Positions 30,086 through 31,480 of a DNA stretch of 31,480 nt are shown here, in pieces. The notes beneath the pieces are model-generated. The model saw only the letters and a list, made by a program, of their open reading frames with translations, was not told the origin of the DNA and made no database searches. Position numbers and translations under genes: made by a program. The DNA lies in the IMG/VR virus record IMGVR_UViG_3300023095_000008, positions 1 through 31,480 of that record. One strand, 5' to 3'. The stretch's first letter is position 1. Every line of letters starts with the position of its first letter. This DNA comes from a virus (Duplodnaviria; Caudoviricetes).

Positions 30086-30970
30086 TCAATAAGTTATCTC
30101 AGTTCCTGTTATATAATTAACGCTTGCCGTTCCTGTTGTTGCCGTCCTGATTCTCACTAAAGCATTTGTTGGAATTACGCCCGTCAATGTGCCTGTCTGC
30201 GTATTTGTCAATTGTATCGCCACCGTTACGCCAACACCGCTTGAATTGCCGCTTTGAGAAGGGGTAAGCCAAGTTGTACCGCTGTTTAATGAATATTCCA
30301 AATAAGCCGTCGCAGTAGATGTGCCGATTAGCAACGGATTTGTTACAGTACAAGTTACGGAATAAGATACAATTGCGGGTTTTGTTGTCGAAATGGTAAA
30401 GTTTGAATTTAATACTTTAGATGTTACGACCGTTACCGTTGGCTGAACTACGGATATAGTAAGATTTGGAGCAGTACCCGTTATTACTATTCCATTACCT
30501 GCGGTGTAGTTGTTTGCTACAGGAAGTGTTAAGCTATTTCCGTTTGTAATGCTTAATAAGTTTCCTGACAAAGAAAGGCTTTGCAGTTCGTTGGTAGGAC
30601 TGTTATCGGCAACGGCAGGAAAGTTTTTAGGAACACCCAATCCGTCTAAATATTGGCTCGTTAATCCGTTTGGATTATTTAGTTTTAAAGACAATCCGGC
30701 ATTTACAAAACTTTCAGAAGCAAAATAATTCCACGCACTTCCGTTGTTGTATTCAGGCTTTAGAGTTATGGAATTTATCTGAACCCTTCCTGTCAATCTC
30801 AAAGCTCCAAATATATTATTGTGATTTCTTACAGGAAGCAAAACGATAGAATCCCCGCCTACTCCGCCTCTATTTTGAGTATGTATATTCGGAGTGCCTA
30901 TATTATTAATTGTTGTTGATTGGGAAAAGCAAATTAGGGGGAATAATAAGATAAATAGTAATTTTTTCAT
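30086..30970 (-). CDS. Signal-peptide-bearing fibre/adhesin-like protein
   Basis: MKKLLFILLFPLICFS-Q, SQYLDGLG, DNSPTNELQSLSLSGNLLSITNGNSLTLP, YTAGNGIVI and a Thr-rich beta C-terminal domain. Confidence 0.6.
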   Translation of the reverse strand: MKKLLFILLFPLICFSQSTTINNIGTPNIHTQNRGGVGGDSIVLLPVRNHNNIFGALRLTGRVQINSITLKPEYNNGSAWNYFASESFVNAGLSLKLNNPNGLTSQYLDGLGVPKNFPAVADNSPTNELQSLSLSGNLLSITNGNSLTLPVANNYTAGNGIVITGTAPNLTISVVQPTVTVVTSKVLNSNFTISTTKPAIVSYSVTCTVTNPLLIGTSTATAYLEYSLNSGTTWLTPSQSGNSSGVGVTVAIQLTNTQTGTLTGVIPTNALVRIRTATTGTASVNYITGTEITY

Positions 30971-30971
30971 T

Positions 30972-31397
30972 TTAAATAGGTTTATAGGTTAATCTGAATT
31001 TGTCTCCTGCAGTCATCGGGAAATAAAGTTCCCCAGTAGTTTTGTTGTGTGAAGGACTTGGAAGCTCATTTATAGTGATACCTTCAACATTTAAGGTATA
31101 AATGTCAAAGTCTCCGATTAGTTCTTCTATGACCTGATTTCCTGTAACATTGGCAACAGAATCAAGTCCAAAAATCATTCTTGCTTTTACTTTTTCTGCT
31201 TCAAAATCATAATCAGGATAAATAGCGATAACATCTAATTTATATTGAGCTATAGCATTGTTCCTTTCAATCATGACATTTTCAGACATTTTTATACCTG
31301 TAAGCATTTCCTGAATTATAGGATTTGTAATGTAGTTTAGTTGGTCTATAAGAAGGTTTCTTCTTATCTCAATAAGGAGTTTTTGTTCGTCATTCAT
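30972..31397 (-). CDS. Hypothetical protein
   Basis: 141 aa in the late-region direction. Confidence 0.65.
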   Translation of the reverse strand: MNDEQKLLIEIRRNLLIDQLNYITNPIIQEMLTGIKMSENVMIERNNAIAQYKLDVIAIYPDYDFEAEKVKARMIFGLDSVANVTGNQVIEELIGDFDIYTLNVEGITINELPSPSHNKTTGELYFPMTAGDKFRLTYKPI

Positions 31398-31480
31398 TTT
31401 TGTTTGTATTTAAGGTTAATTTTTAATCAGCTAAATATATTTTACATCTATAAATATCAATTCCGCATGCAATTGCGCTT

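Noticed and set aside
1-31480. Stop-codon reassignment or tRNA genes
   Set aside because: Core genes are full length under the standard code with TAA, TAG and TGA stops, and I saw no cloverleaf or T-loop signature in the intergenic gaps.

Overview
This window is about 31 kb of a long-tailed (siphovirus-like) phage of a Bacteroidota host, most likely Flavobacteriaceae. The host call is inferred from the AT-rich sequence, repeated TAnnTTTG promoters and A-rich starts without Shine-Dalgarno motifs. Almost all genes are on the minus strand. Read right to left, the order is: end of the tail region; a plus-strand three-to-four-gene insert; a lysis cassette (holin-like genes, M15 endolysin, u-spanin-like lipoprotein); an early region (ERF recombinase, exonuclease, NinB-like, HNHs, replication initiator with internal iterons, NinG, C5 methyltransferase, four YopX paralogs); then TerS, TerL, portal, protease, HK97-fold capsid, neck, tail tube and the start of the tape measure gene. 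No integrase is visible. The most striking non-coding signal is a family of 4 clear and 1 weaker ~90-nt leaders. Each runs promoter, small hairpin, linker, terminator-like hairpin with U-tract, then ATG. The two hairpin loops are complementary (kissing loop or pseudoknot), and the loop pair differs in every copy. Also notable are a tandem promoter-sRNA-terminator array inside the lysis cassette, a ~94% identical inverted YopX duplication flanking 7.7 kb, a zinc-finger insert in TerL and an orphan DUF6527-like gene. All family assignments come from motif recognition by eye; no searches were run.
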